This document shows positions 13,301 through 28,000 of a stretch of DNA of 64,000 nt, one piece after another. The DNA is taken from NCBI GenBank assembly GCA_964016885.1, contig OZ024740.1:36828001-36892000 (forward strand), read 5' to 3'. Both the position numbers and the translations under genes were made by a program. Positions within the stretch are counted from its first letter, which is position 1. Every line of letters begins with the position of its first letter. The notes below the pieces were generated by a model. It saw nothing but the letters and a program-made list of their open reading frames with translations, searched no databases and had not been told where the DNA came from. Origin of the DNA: Eledone cirrhosa (Eukaryota).

Positions 13301-16300
13301 AGTTAGACATAGAAACCTCAATTGTCATTAGCTTGAGGTTTGTGTGGGTAAAGTTAGACATAGAATCCTCAACTGTCATTACCTTGAGGTTTGTATGGGT
13401 AAAGTTAGACATAGAATCCTCAACTGTCATTATCTTGAGGTTTGTGTGGGTAAAGTTAGACATAGAATCCTCAACTGTCATTACCTTGAGGTTTGTGTGG
13501 GTAAAGTTAGACATAGAAAACTCAACTCTCATTACATTGAGGTTTGAGAGCGTAAAGTTAGATATAGAAACCTCAACTGTTATTACATTGACGTTTGTGT
13601 GGGTAAAGTTAGACATAGAAACCTCAACTCTCTTTACTTTGAGCTTTGTGAAGGTAAAGTTAGACATAGAAACTTCAACTGTCATTATATTGAGCTATGT
13701 GTTGGTAAAGTTTGACATAGAAACCTCAATTGTCATTACCTTGAGGTTTGTGAAGGTAAAGTTAGACATAGAAACCTCAACTGTCATTACATTGAGGTTT
13801 GTGTGAGTAAAGTTAGACATAGAAACCTAAACTGTCATTACAATGAGATTCGTCAGGGTAAAGTTAGACATAGAATCAAATGTCATTACATTGAGGTTAA
13901 TGTGGGTAAAGTTAGACATAGAAAACTCAACCGTCATTACATTGAGGTTTGAGAGCGTAAAATTAGACATAGAAACCTCAACTGGCTTTATATTGAGCTA
14001 TGGATGGGGAAAGTTATTCATAGAAACCTCAACTGTCATTACATTGAGGTTTGTGTGGCTAAAATTAGACATAGAAACCTCAATTGTCATTACATTGAGG
14101 TTTGTGTGGGTAAAGTTAGACATAGAACCTCAACTGTCATTACATTGAGCTTTGTATGGGTAAAGTTAGACATAGAAACTTCAACTGTCATTACAATGAG
14201 GTTTGTGGGGGTAAAGTTAGACATAGAATCAAATGTCATTACATTTAGGTTTACGTGGGTAAAGTTAGACATAGAAACCTCAACTGTCATTATATTGAGG
14301 TTTGTGTGGGTAAAGTTAGACATAGAAACCTCAAATGTCATTATATTGAGGTTAGTGTGGCTAAAGCTAGACATAGAAAGCTCAACTATCATTACGTTCT
14401 GATATGTGTGGGTAAAGTTAGACATAGAATCAAATGTCATTAGATTGAGGTTTGTGTGGCTAAAGTTAGACACAGAAAGCTCAACTATCGTTACATTTAG
14501 ATTTGTGTGGGTAAAGTTAGACATAGAAACCTCAACTTTCATAACATTGAGCTTTTTGTGGGTAAAGTTAGACATAGAACCTCAACTGTCATTACATTGA
14601 GCTTTGTTTGGGTAAAGTTAGAAATATAAACCTCAAAAGACATTACAATGAGGTTACTGTGGGTAAAGTTAGACATAGAATCAAATGTCTTTACATTGAG
14701 TTTAGTGTGGGTAAAGTTAGACATATAAACCTCAACTGTCATTACGTTGAGGTTAGTGTGGGTATAGTTAATAATAGTAAACTCAACTCTCATTATATTG
14801 AGGTTTGTGTGGGTAAAGTTAGATATAGAATCAAATGTCATTACATTGAGCTTATAGTGGGTAAAGTTAGATATAGAAACCTCAACTGTCATTACATTGA
14901 GGTGTGTGTGGATAAAGTTAGACATAGAAACCTCAACTGTTATTACATTGACGTTTGTGTGGGTAAAGTTAGACATAGAAACCTCAACTCTCTTTACTTT
15001 GAGCTTAGTGAGGGTAAAGTTAGACATAGAAACCTCAACTGTCATTACATTGAGATTTGGAGGGTAAAGTTAGATATAAAAACCTCAACTGTCATTACAT
15101 TGAGGTTTGTGTGGGTAAAATTAGACATAGAAAACTCAACTGTCATTATATTAAGCTTTGGGTGGGTAAAGGTAGACATAAAAACCTCAACTGTTATTAT
15201 ATTGAGGTTTGTGTGTGTAAAATTAGACATAGAAACCTCAACTGTCATTACATTGAGGTTTGTGTGGGTAAAGTTAGACATAGAAACCTCATGTGTCATT
15301 ACATTGAGGTTTGTGTGGGTAAAGTTAGACATAGAAACCTCATGTGTCATTACATTGAGCTTTTTGTGGGTAAAGTTAGACATAGAACCTCAACTGTCAT
15401 TACATTGAGGTTAGTGTGAGTAAAGTTAGACATAGAAACCTCAACTGTCATTATAATGAGGTTTGTGTCGGTAAAATTAGACATAGAATCCTCAACTCTC
15501 ATTACATTGAGGTTTGTGTAGGTAAAGTTAGACATAGAAACATCAACTGTCATTACATTTAGGTTTGTGTGGGTCAAGTTAGACATAGAAACCTCAACTG
15601 TCATTACATTGAGGTTTGTGTGGGTAAATTTAGACATAGAAACATCAACTGTCATTACATTTAGGTTTGTGTGGGTAAAGTTAGACATAGAAACATCAAC
15701 TGTCATTACATTTAGGTTTGTGTGGGTAAAGTTAGACATAGAAACCTCAACTGTCATTACATTGAGGTTTGTGTAGGTAAAGTTAGACATAGAAACATCA
15801 ACTGTCATTACATTTAGGTTTGTGTGGGTAAAGTTAGACATAGAAACCTCAACTGTCATTACATTGAGGTTTGTGTGGGTAAAGTTAGACATAGAAACAT
15901 CAGCTGTCATTACATTGAGATTTGGAGGGTAAAGTTAGATATTAAAACCTCAACTGTCATTTCATTGAGGTTTGTGTGGGTAAAATTAGATATAGAAACC
16001 TCAACTGTCATTACATTGAGATTTGTGTGGGTAAAATTAGATATAATAACCTCAATTCTCATTACATTGAGGTTTGTGTGCGTAAAGTTAAATATAATAA
16101 CCTCAATTTTCATTACATTGAGATTTGTGTGGGTAAAGTTAGACATAGAAACCTCAACTGTCACTATATTGAGGTTTGTGTGGGTAAAAGTATACATAGA
16201 AACCTCAACTGTCATTACATTGAGGTTTGTGTGGGTAAAATTAGATATAATAAACTCAATTGCCATTACATTGTGGTTTGTGGGGGTAAAGTTAGACATG

Positions 16301-19049
16301 GAACCTCAGCTGTCATTACATTGAGCTTTGTGTGTGTAAAGTTAGACATAGAATCAAATGTCATTACATTGAGGTTTATGTGGGTAAAGTTAGACATAGA
16401 AACCTCAACTGTCATTACATTGACATTTGTGTGGGTAAAGGGAGACATAGAAACTTCAAACGACATTACATTGAGGTTTGTGTGGCTAAAGTTAGACATA
16501 AAAAGCTCAACTATAATTACGTTGAGATTTGTGTGTGTAAAGTTAGACGTAGAAACCTCAACTTTCATAACATTGAGCATTTGTGGGTAAAGTTAAACAT
16601 AAAAACCTCAATTGTCATTACATTGAGGTTTGTGTGGGTAAAGTTAGACATAGAACCTCCACTGTCATTACATTGAGCTTTGTGTGGGTAAAGTTAGACA
16701 TAGAAATCTCAACTGTCATCACAATGAGGTTTGTCGGAGTAAAGTTAGACATAGAATCAAATGTCATTACATTGAGGTTAGTGTGGGTAAAATTAGACAT
16801 AGAAACCTCAACTGTCATTACATTGAGGTTAGTGTGGGTATACTTAGTCATAGTAACCTCAACTCTCATTATATTGAAGTTTGTGTGGGTAAAGTTAGAT
16901 ATAGAATCAAATGTCATTACATTGAGCATTGTGTGGGTAAAGTTAGACATAGAAACCTCAACTGTCATTACATTGAGGTTTGTGTGAGTAAAGTTAGACA
17001 TAGAAACCTCAAATATCATTACATTGAGGTTAATGTGGGTAAAGTTAGACATAGAAAACTCATTGTCATTACATTGAGGTTTGAGATTGTAAAGTTAGAT
17101 ATATAAACCTCCGCTTTCATTATATTGAGGTTTGCGTGGGTAAATTTACACATAGAAACCTCAACTGTCATTACATTGAGGTTTGTGGGTAAAATTAGAC
17201 ATAATAACCTCAATTATCATTACATTGAGGTTTGTGGGGGTAAAGTTAGACATAGAACCTCAACTGTCATTAGATTGAGGTTTGTGTGGGTAAAGTTAGA
17301 CATAGAAACTTCAACTCTCATTACTTTGAGGTCTGTGTGGGTAAAGTTAGACATAGAAAGCTCAACTGTCATTACATTGAGGTCTGTGTGGGTAAAGTTA
17401 GACATAGAAACCTCAACTGTCATTACATTGAGGTTAGTGTGGGTAAAGTTAGACATAGAAACCTCAACTCTCATTACATTGAGGTCTGTGTAGGTAAAGT
17501 TAGACATTGAAACCTCAACTGTCATTACATTGAGATATGTGTGGGTAAAGGGAGACATAGAAACCTCAAATGTCATTATATTAAGGTTTGTTGGTTAAAG
17601 TTAGACATAGAATCAAATGTCATTATATTGAGGTTTGTGTGGGTAAAATTAGATATAATAACCTCAATTGTCATTACATTGAGGTTTGTGGGGGTAGAGT
17701 TAGACATAGAAACCTCATCTGTCATTACATTGAGGTTATTGTGGGTAAAGTTAGACATAGAAACCTCAACTGTCATTACATTGATGTCTGTGTAGGTAAA
17801 GTTAGACATTGAAACCTGAACTATAATTACGTTGAGATTTGTGTGGGTAAAGTTAGATATAACAACCTCAATTGTCATTACATTGAGGTTCTGTGCGTAA
17901 AGTTAAATATAATAACCTCAATTGTCATTACATTGAGCTTAGTGTGGGTAAAGTTAGACATAGAAACCTCAACTGTCATTATATTGTGGTTTATGTGGGT
18001 AAAATTAGACATAGAAACCTCAACTGTCATTACATTGAGGTTTGTGTGGGTAACATTAGATATAATAAACTCAATTGTCATTACATTGAGGTTTGTGGGG
18101 GTAAAGTTAGACATAGAACCTCAGCTGTCATTACATTGAGCTTTGTGTGGGTAAAGTTAGACATAGAAACTTCAAATGTCATTACAATGAGGTTTGTGGG
18201 GGTAAAGTTAGACATAAATCAAATGTCATTACATTGAGGTTTATGTGGGTAAATTTAGACATAGAAACCTCAACTGTCATTACATAGAGGTTAGTGTGGG
18301 TAAAGTTAGATATAATAACCTCAATTGTCATTACATTGAGGTTTGTGTGGGTAAATTTAGACATAGAAACCTCAACTGTCATTATATTGAGGTATATGTG
18401 GGTAAAATTAGACATAGAAACCTGAACTGTCATTACCTTGAGGTTTGTGTAGGGAAAATTAGACCTAGAAACATCAACTGTCATTACATTGAGGTTTGTG
18501 TGGGTAAAATTAGATATAATAACCTCAATTGTCATTACATTGAGCTTTGTGTGGGTAAAGTTAGACATAGAAACCTCAACTGTCATTATGTTGAGGTTTA
18601 TGTGGGCAAAATTAGACATAGAAACCTCAACTGTCATTACATTGAGGTTAGTGTGGGTATAGTTAATAATAGTAAACTCAACTCTCATTATATTGAGGTT
18701 TGTGTGGGTAAAGTTAGATATAGAATCAAATGTCATTATATTGAGCTTATTGTGGGTAAAGTTAGATATAGAAACCTCAACTGTCATAACATTGAGGTGT
18801 GTGTGGATAAAGTTAGACATAGAAACCTCAACTGTTATTACATTGACGTTTGTGTGGGTAAAGTTAGACATAGAAACCTCAACTCTCTTCACTTTGAGCT
18901 TTGTGAGGGTAAAGTTAGACATAGAAACTTCAACTGTCATTACATTGAGTTATGTGTGGGTAAAGTTTGACATATAAACCTCAATTGTCATTACCTTGAG
19001 GTTTGTGAAGGTAAAGTTAGACATAGAAACCTCAACTGTCATTACATTG

Positions 19050-22000
19050 AGGTTTGTGTGAGTAAAGTTAGACATAGAAACCTCAACTGTCATTACAATG
19101 AGGTTTGTGTGAGTAAAATTAGACATAGAATCGTCAACTGTCATTAAATTGAGCTTTGTGTGTGTGTAAAGTTAGACATAGAAACCTCAAATGTCATGAC
19201 ATTGAGGTTTGTGTAGGTAAAGTTAGACATAGAAACATCAACTGTCATTACATTGAGGTTTGTGTGGGTAAAGTTAAACATAGAAACCTCAACTGACATT
19301 ACATTGAGGTTAGTGTGAGTAAAGTTAGACATAGAAACCTCAACTGTCATTACATTGAGGTTTGTGTTGGTAAAGTTAGACATAGAAACCACAACTGTCA
19401 TTATATTGAGATTTGGAGGGTAAAGTTAGATATAAAAACCTCAACTGTCATTACATTGAGGTTTGTGTGGGTAAAATTAGACATAGAAAACTCAACTGTC
19501 ATTATATTAAGCTTTGGGTGGGTAAAGGTAGACATAAAAACCTCAACTGTTATTATATTGAGGTTTGTGTGTGTAAAATTAGACATAGAAACCTCAACTG
19601 TCATTACATTGAGGTTTGTGTGGGTAAAGTTAGACATAGAAACCTCATGTGTCATTACATTGAGGTTTGTGTGGGTAAAGTTAGACATAGAAACCTCATG
19701 TGTCATTACATTGAGCTTTTTGTGGGTAAAGTTAGACATAGAACCTCAACTGTCATTACATTGAACTTTGTTTGGGTAAAGTTAGACATATAAACCTCAA
19801 ATGTCATTACAATGAGGTTACTGTGGGTAAAGTTAGACATAGAATCAAATGTCATTACATTGAGGTTAGTGTGGGTAAAGTTAGACATATAAACCTCAAC
19901 TGTCATTACATTGAGGTTAGTGTGAGTAAAGTTAGACATAGAAACCTCAACTGTCATTATAATGAGGTTTGTGTCGGTAAAATTAGACATAGAATCCTCA
20001 ACTCTCATTACATTGAGGTTTGTGTAGGTAAAGTTAGACATAGAAACATCAACTGTCATTACATTTAGGTTTGTGTGGGTAAAGTTAGACATAGAAACCT
20101 CAACTGTCATTACATTGAGGTTTGTGTGGGTAAAGTTAGACATAGAAACATCAGCTGTCATTACATTGAGATTTGGAGGGTAAAGTTAGATATAAAAACC
20201 TCAACTGTCATTTCATTGAGGTTTGTGTGGGTAAAATTAGATATAGAAAACTCAACTGTCATTATATTAAGCTTTGGGTCTTTAAAGGTAGACATAAAAA
20301 CCTCAACTGTCATTATATTGAGGTTTGTGTGGGTAAAATTAGACATAGAAACCTCAACTGTCATTACATTGAGATTTGTGTGGGTAAAATTAGATATAAT
20401 AACCTCAATTCTCATTACATTGAGGTTTGTGTGCGTAAAGTTAAATATAATAACCTCAATTTTCATTACATTGAGATTTGTGTGGGTAAAGTTAGACATA
20501 GAAACCTCAACTGTCACTATATTGAGGTTTGTGTGGGTAAAAGTATACATAGAAACCTCAACTGTCATTACATTGAGGTTTGTGTGGGTAAAATTAGATA
20601 TAATAAACTCAATTGCCATTACATTGTGGTTTGTGGGGGTAAAGTTAGACATGGAACCTCAGCTGTCATTACATTGAGCTTTGTGTGTGTAAAGTTAGAC
20701 ATAGAATCAAATGTCATTACATTGAGGTTTATGTGGGTAAAGTTAGACATAGAAACCTCAACTGTCATTACATTGACATTTGTGTGGGTAAAGGGAGACA
20801 TAGAAACTTCAAACGACATTACATTGAGGTTTGTGTGGCTAAAGTTAGACATAACAAGCTCAACTATAATTACGTTGAGATTTGTGTGTGTAAAGTTAGA
20901 CATAGAAACCTCAACTTTCATAACATTGAGCATTTGTGGGTAAAGTTAAACATAAAAACCTCAATTGTCATTACATTGAGGTTTGTGTGGGTAAAGTTAG
21001 ACATAGAACCTCCACTGTCATTACATTGAGCTTTGTGTGGGTAAAGTTAGACATAGAAAGCTCAACTGTCATTACAATGAGGTTTGTCGGAGTAAAGTTA
21101 GACATAGAATCAAATGTCATTACATTGAGGTTAGTGTGGGTAAAATTAGACATAGAAACCTCAACTGTCATTACATTGAGGTTAGTGTGGGTATACTTAG
21201 TCATAGTAACCTCAACTCTCATTATATTGAAGTTTGTGTGGGTAAAGTTAGATATAGAATCAAATGTCATTACATTGAGCATTGTGTGGGTAAAGTTAGA
21301 CATAGAAACCTCAACTGTCATTACATTGAGGTTTGTGTGAGTAAAGTTAGACATAGAAACCTCAAATATCATTACATTGAGGTTAATGTGGGTAAAGTTA
21401 GACATAGAAAACTCATTGTCATTACATTGAGGTTTGAGATTGTAAAGTTAGATATATAAACCTCCGCTTTCATTATATTGAGGTTTGCGTGGGTAAATTT
21501 ACACATAGAAACCTCAACTGTCATTACATTGAGGTTTGTGTGGGTAAAATTAGATATAATAACCTCAATTATCATTACATTGAGGTTTGTGGGGGTAAAG
21601 TTAGACATAGAACCTCAACTGTCATTAGATTGAGGTTTGTGTGGGTAAAGTTAGACATAGAAACTTCAACTCTCATTACTTTGAGGTCTGTGTGGGTAAA
21701 GTTAGACATAGAAACCTCAACTGTCATTACATTGAGGTCTGTGTGGGTAAAGTTAGACATAGAAACCTCAACTGTCATTACATTGAGGTTAGTGTGGTTA
21801 AAGTTAGACATAGAAACCTCAACTCTCATTACATTGAGGTCTGTGTAGGTAAAGTTAGACATTGAAACCTCAACTGTCATTACATTGAGATATGTGTGGG
21901 TAAAGGGAGACATAGAAACCTCAAATGTCATTATATTAAGGTTTGTTGGTTAAAGTTAGACATAGAATCAAATGTCATTATATTGAGGTTTGTGTGGGTA

Positions 22001-25000
22001 AAATTAGATATAATAACCTCAATTGTCATTACATTGAGGTTTGTGGGGGTAGAGTTAGACATAGAAACCTCATCTGTCATTACATTGAGGTTAGTGTGGG
22101 TAAAGTTAGACATAGAAACCTCAACTGTCATTACATTGAGGTCTGTGTAGGTAAAGTTAGACATTGAAACCTGAACTATAATTACGTTGAGGTTTGTGTG
22201 GGTAACATTAGATATAATAAACTCAATTGTCATTACATTGAGGTTCTGTGCGTAAAGTTAAATATAATAACCTCAATTGTCATTACATTGAGCTTAGTGT
22301 GGGTAAAGTTAGACATAGAAACCTCAACTGTCATTATATTGTGGTTTATGTGGGTAAAATTAGACATAGAAACCTCAACTGTCATTACATTGAGGTTTGT
22401 GTGGGTAACATTAGATATAATAAACTCAATTGTCATTACATTGAGCTTTGTGTGGGTAAAGTTAGACATAGAAACTTCAAATGTCATTACAATGAGGTTT
22501 GTGAGGGTAAAGTTAGACATAAATCAAATGTCATTACATTGAGGTTTATGTGGGTAAATTTAGACATAGAAACCTCAACTGTCATTATATTGAGGTTTAT
22601 GTGGGTAAAATTAGACATAGAAACCTCAACTGTCATTACCTTGAGGTTTGTGTAGGGAAAATTAGACCTAGAAACATCAACTGTCATTACATTGAGGTTT
22701 GTGTCGGTAAAATTAGATATAATAACCTCAATTGTCATTACATTGAGCTTTGTGTGGGTAAAGTTAGATATAATAACCTCAATTGTCATTACATTGAGGT
22801 TTGTGTGGGTAAATTTAGACATAGAACCCTCAACTGTCATTATATTGAGGTTTATGTGGGTAAAATTAGACATAGAAACCTCAACTGTCATTACCTTGAG
22901 GTTTGTGTAGGGAAAATTAGACCTAGAAACATCAACTGTCATTACATTGAGGTTTGTGTCGGTAAAATTAGATATAATAACCTCAATTGTCATTACATTG
23001 AGCTTTGTGTGGGTAAAGTTAGACATAGAAACCTCAACTGTCATTATGTTGAGGTTTATGTGGGTAAAATTAGACATAGAAACCTCAACTGTCATTACAT
23101 TGAGGTTTGTGTGGGTAAAGTTAGACATAGAACCTCAACTGTCATTACATTGAGGTTTGTGTGGGTAACGTTAGATATAACAACCTCAATTGTCATTACA
23201 TTGAGCTTTGTGTGGGTAAAGTTAGACATAGAAACTTCAAATCTCATGACAATGAGGTTTGTGGGGGTAAAGTTAGACATAGAATCAAATGTCATTACAT
23301 TGAGCTTTATGTGGGTAAATTTAGACATAGAAACCTCAACTGTCATTACATTGAGGTTTGTGTAGGTACAGTTAGACATAGAAACCTCAACTGTCATTAC
23401 ATTGACATTTCTGTTGGTAAAGGAAGACATAGAAACTTCAAATGTCATTATATTGAGGTTTGTGTGGGTAAAATTAGGCATAGAATCAAATGTCATTACA
23501 TTGAGGCTTGTGTGGCTAAAGTTACACATAAAAAGCTCAACTATAATTACGTTGAGATTTGTGTGGGTAGAGTTAGACATAGAAACCTCAACTCTCATAA
23601 CGTTGAGCTTTTTGTGGGTAAAGTTAGACATAGAACCTCAACTGTCATTATATTGAGCTTTTTGTGGGTAAAGTTAGACATAGAAACCTCAATTGTCATT
23701 ACATTGAGGTTTGTGTGGTTAAAGTTAGACATAGAACCTCAACTGTCATTACATTGAGGTTTGTGTGGGTAACGTTAGACATAGAATCCTCAATTGTCAT
23801 TACATTGAGGTTTGTGTGGGTAAAGTTAGACATAAAATCCTCAACTGTCATTACAATGATATTTGTCGGGGTAAAGTTAGACATTGAATCAAATGCCATT
23901 ACATTGAGGTTCGTGTGGGTATAGTTAGACATAGTAACCTCAACTCTTATTATATTGAGGTTTCTGTGGGTAAAGTTAGATATAGAATCAAATGTCATTA
24001 CATTGAGCATTGTGTGGGTAAATTTAGATATAGAAACCTCAACTGTCATTACATTGAAGTGTGTGTGGATAAAGTTAGACATAGAAACCTCAACTGTCAT
24101 TACATTGAAGTTAGTGTGGGTAAAATTAGATATAATAACCTCAATTGTCATTATATTGAGCTTTGTGTGGGTAAAGTTAGACATAGAAACTTCAAATGTC
24201 ATTACAATGAGGTTTATGGGGGTAAAGTTAGACGTAAATCAAATGTCATTACATTGAGGTTTATGTGGGTAAAGTTAAACATAGAAACCTCAACTGTCAT
24301 TACATGAGGTTTGTGTAGGTAAAGTTAGACATAGAAACCTCAACTGGCATAACATTGAGGTTTGTGTAGGGAAAATTAGACCTAGAAACATCAACTGTCA
24401 TTACATTGACCCTGGTGTGGGTAAAGTTAGATAGAAGAACCTCAATTGTCATTACATTGAGGTTTGTGTGGGTAAAGTTAGATATAGAAACCTCAACTGT
24501 CATTACATTGAGGATAGTGTCGGTAAAATTAGATATAATAAACTCAATTGTCATTACATTGAGGTTTGTGGGGGTAAAGTTAGACATAGAACCTCAGCTG
24601 TCATTACATTGAGCTTTGTGTGGGTAAAGTTAGAAATAGAATCTTCAAATCTCATGACAATTAGGTTTGTGGAGGTGAAGTTAGACGTAGAATCAAATGT
24701 CATTACATTGAGCTTTATGTGGGTAAATTTAGACATAGAAACCTCGCTGTCATTACATTGAGGTTTGTGTAGGTACAGTTAGACATAGAAACCTCAGTGT
24801 CATTACATTGACATTTCTGTGGGTAAAGGGAGACATAGAAACTTCAAATGTCATAATATTGAGGTTTGTGTGGGTAAAGTTAGGCATAGAATCAAATGTC
24901 ATTACATTGAGGCTTGTGTGACTAAAGTTAGACATAAAAAGCTCAACTATAATTACGTTGAGATTTGTGTGGGTAAAGTTAGACATAGAAACCTCAACTG

Positions 25001-28000
25001 TCATTACAATGATGTTCGTCAGGGTAAAGTTAGACATAGAATCAAATGTGATTACATTGAGGTTAATGTGGGTAAAGTTAGACATAGAAACCTCAACTGT
25101 CATTACATTGAGGTTAGTGTGGGTATAGTTAGTCATAGTAACCTCAACTCTCATTATATTGAGGTTAATGTGGGTAAAGTTAGATATAGAATCAAATGTT
25201 ATTACGTTGAGCAACTGTCATTACATTGAGGTTTGTGTGGGTAAAGTTAGACATAGAAACATCAACTGTCATTACATTGACCTTTGTGTGGGTAAAGTTT
25301 GATATAATAACCTCAATTGTCATTACATTGAGGTTTCTGTCGGTAAAATTAGACGTAGAAACCTCGACTCTCATTACATTGAGGTTTGTATGGGTAAAAT
25401 TAGATATAATAACCTCAATTGTCATTACATTGAGGTTTGTGGGGGTAAAGTTAGACATAGTAACCTCAACTGTCATTATATTGAGGTTTGTGTGGGTAAA
25501 GTTAGATATAGAAAGCTCAACTGTCATTACATTGAGGTTTGTGTGGGTAAAGTTAGACATAGAATCATCAACTGTAATTACATTGAGGTTTGTGTGGGTA
25601 ATGTTAGATATAGAAGCTCAACTGTCATTAGATTGAGGTTTGCGTGGGTAAAGTTAGACTTAAAACATCAACTGTCATTACATTGAGGTTTGTGTGGGTA
25701 ATGTTAGATATAGAACCTCAACTGTCATTAGATTGAGGTTTGGGTGGGTAAAGTTAGACATAGAAATCTCACGATCATTACATTGAGGTTTGTGTGGGTA
25801 AAGTTAGATATAGAACCTCAACTGTCATTAGATTGAGGTTTGTGTGGGTAAAGTTAGACATAGAAACCTCAACTGTCATTACATTGAGGTTCGTTTGGGT
25901 AATGTTAGATATAGAACCTCAACTGTCATTACATTGAGGGTTGTGTAGGTAAAGTTAGACATAGAAACCTCAACTGTCATTACATTGAGGGCTGTGTGAG
26001 TAAAGCTAGACATAGAAACCTCAACTATCATTACTTTGAGGTTTGTGTTGGTAAAGTTAGACATAGAAACCTCAACTGTCATTACATTGAGGTTCGTTTG
26101 GGTAATGTTAGATATAGAACCTCAACTGTCATTACATTGAGGTTTGTGTAGGTAAAGTTAGACATAGAAACCTCAACTGTCACTACATTGAGGGCTGTGT
26201 GAGTAAAGCTAGACATAGAAACCTCAACTGTCATTACTTTGAGGTTTGTGTTGGTAAATTTATACATAGAAACCTCAACTGTCATTAGATTGAGGGCTGT
26301 GTGAGTAAAGCTAGTCATAGAAACGTCAACTGTCATTACTTTGAGGTTTGTGTTGGTAAAGTTAGACATAGAAACCTTAACTGTCATTACTTTGAGATTT
26401 GTGTGGGTAAAGTTAGACATAGAAACCTCAATTGTCATTACATTGAGGTTTGTGTGTGTAAAGTTAGACATAGAAACCTCAACTGTCATTACTAATGAGG
26501 TTTGTCGGGGTAAAGATAGACATAGAATCAAATATCATTACATTGAGATTAGTGTGGGTATAGTTAGACATGGTAACCTCAACTCTCATTATATTGAGGT
26601 TAATGTGGGTAAAGTTAGATATAGAATCAAATGTTATTACATTGAGCAACTGTCATTACTATGAGGTTTGTGTTGGTAAAGTTAGATATAGAGACCTCAA
26701 CTGTCACTACATTGAGGTTTGTGTGAGTAAAGTTAGACATAGAAACCTCAACTGTCATTACAATGAGGTTTGTGTGAGTAAAATTAGACATAGAATCGTC
26801 AACTGTCATTAAATTGAGCTTTGTGTGTGTGTAAAGTTAGACATAGAAACCTCAACTGTCATGACATTGAGGTTTGTGTAGGTAAAGTTAGACATAGAAA
26901 CATCAACTGTCATTACATTGAGGTTTGTGTGGGTAAAGTTAAACATAGAAACCTCAACTGACATTACATTGAGGTTAGTGTGAGTAAAGTTAGACATAGA
27001 AACCTCAACTGTCATTACATTGAGGTTTGTGTTGGTAAAGTTAGACATAGAAACCACAACTGTCATTATATTGAGATTTGGAGGGTAAAGTTAGATATAA
27101 AAACCTCAACTGTCATTACATTGAGGTTTGTGTGGGTAAAATTAGACATAGAAAACTCAACTGTCATTATATTAAGCTTTGGGTGGGTAAAGGTAGACAT
27201 AAAAACCTCAACTGTTATTATATTGAGGTTTGTGTGTGTAAAATTAGACATAGAAACCTCAACTGTCATTACATTGAGGTTTGTGTGGGTAAAGTTAGAC
27301 ATAGAAACCTCATGTGTCATTACATTGAGGTTTGTGTGGGTAAAGTTAGACATAGAAACCTCATGTGTCATTACATTGAGCTTTTTGTGGGTAAAGTTAG
27401 ACATAGAACCTCAACTGTCATTACATTGAACTTTGTTTGGGTAAAGTTAGACATATAAACCTCAAATGTCATTACAATGAGGTTACTGTGGGTAAAGTTA
27501 GACATAGAATCAAATGTCATTACATTGAGGTTAGTGTGGGTAAAGTTAGACATATAAACCTCAACTGTCATTACATTGAGGTTAGTGTGAGTAAAGTTAG
27601 ACATAGAAACCTCAACTGTCATTATAATGAGGTTTGTGTCGGTAAAATTAGACATAGAATCCTCAACTCTCATTACATTGAGGTTTGTGTAGGTAAAGTT
27701 AGACATAGAAACATCAACTGTCATTACATTTAGGTTTGTGTGGGTAAAGTTAGACATAGAAACCTCAACTGTCATTACATTGAGGTTTGTGTGGGTAAAG
27801 TTAGACATAGAAACATCAGCTGTCATTACATTGAGATTTGGAGGGTAAAGTTAGATATAAAAACCTCAACTGTCATTTCATTGAGGTTTGTGTGGGTAAA
27901 ATTAGATATAGAAAACTCAACTGTCATTATATTAAGCTTTGGGTCTTTAAAGGTAGACATAAAAACCTCAACTGTCATTATATTGAGGTTTGTGTGGGTA

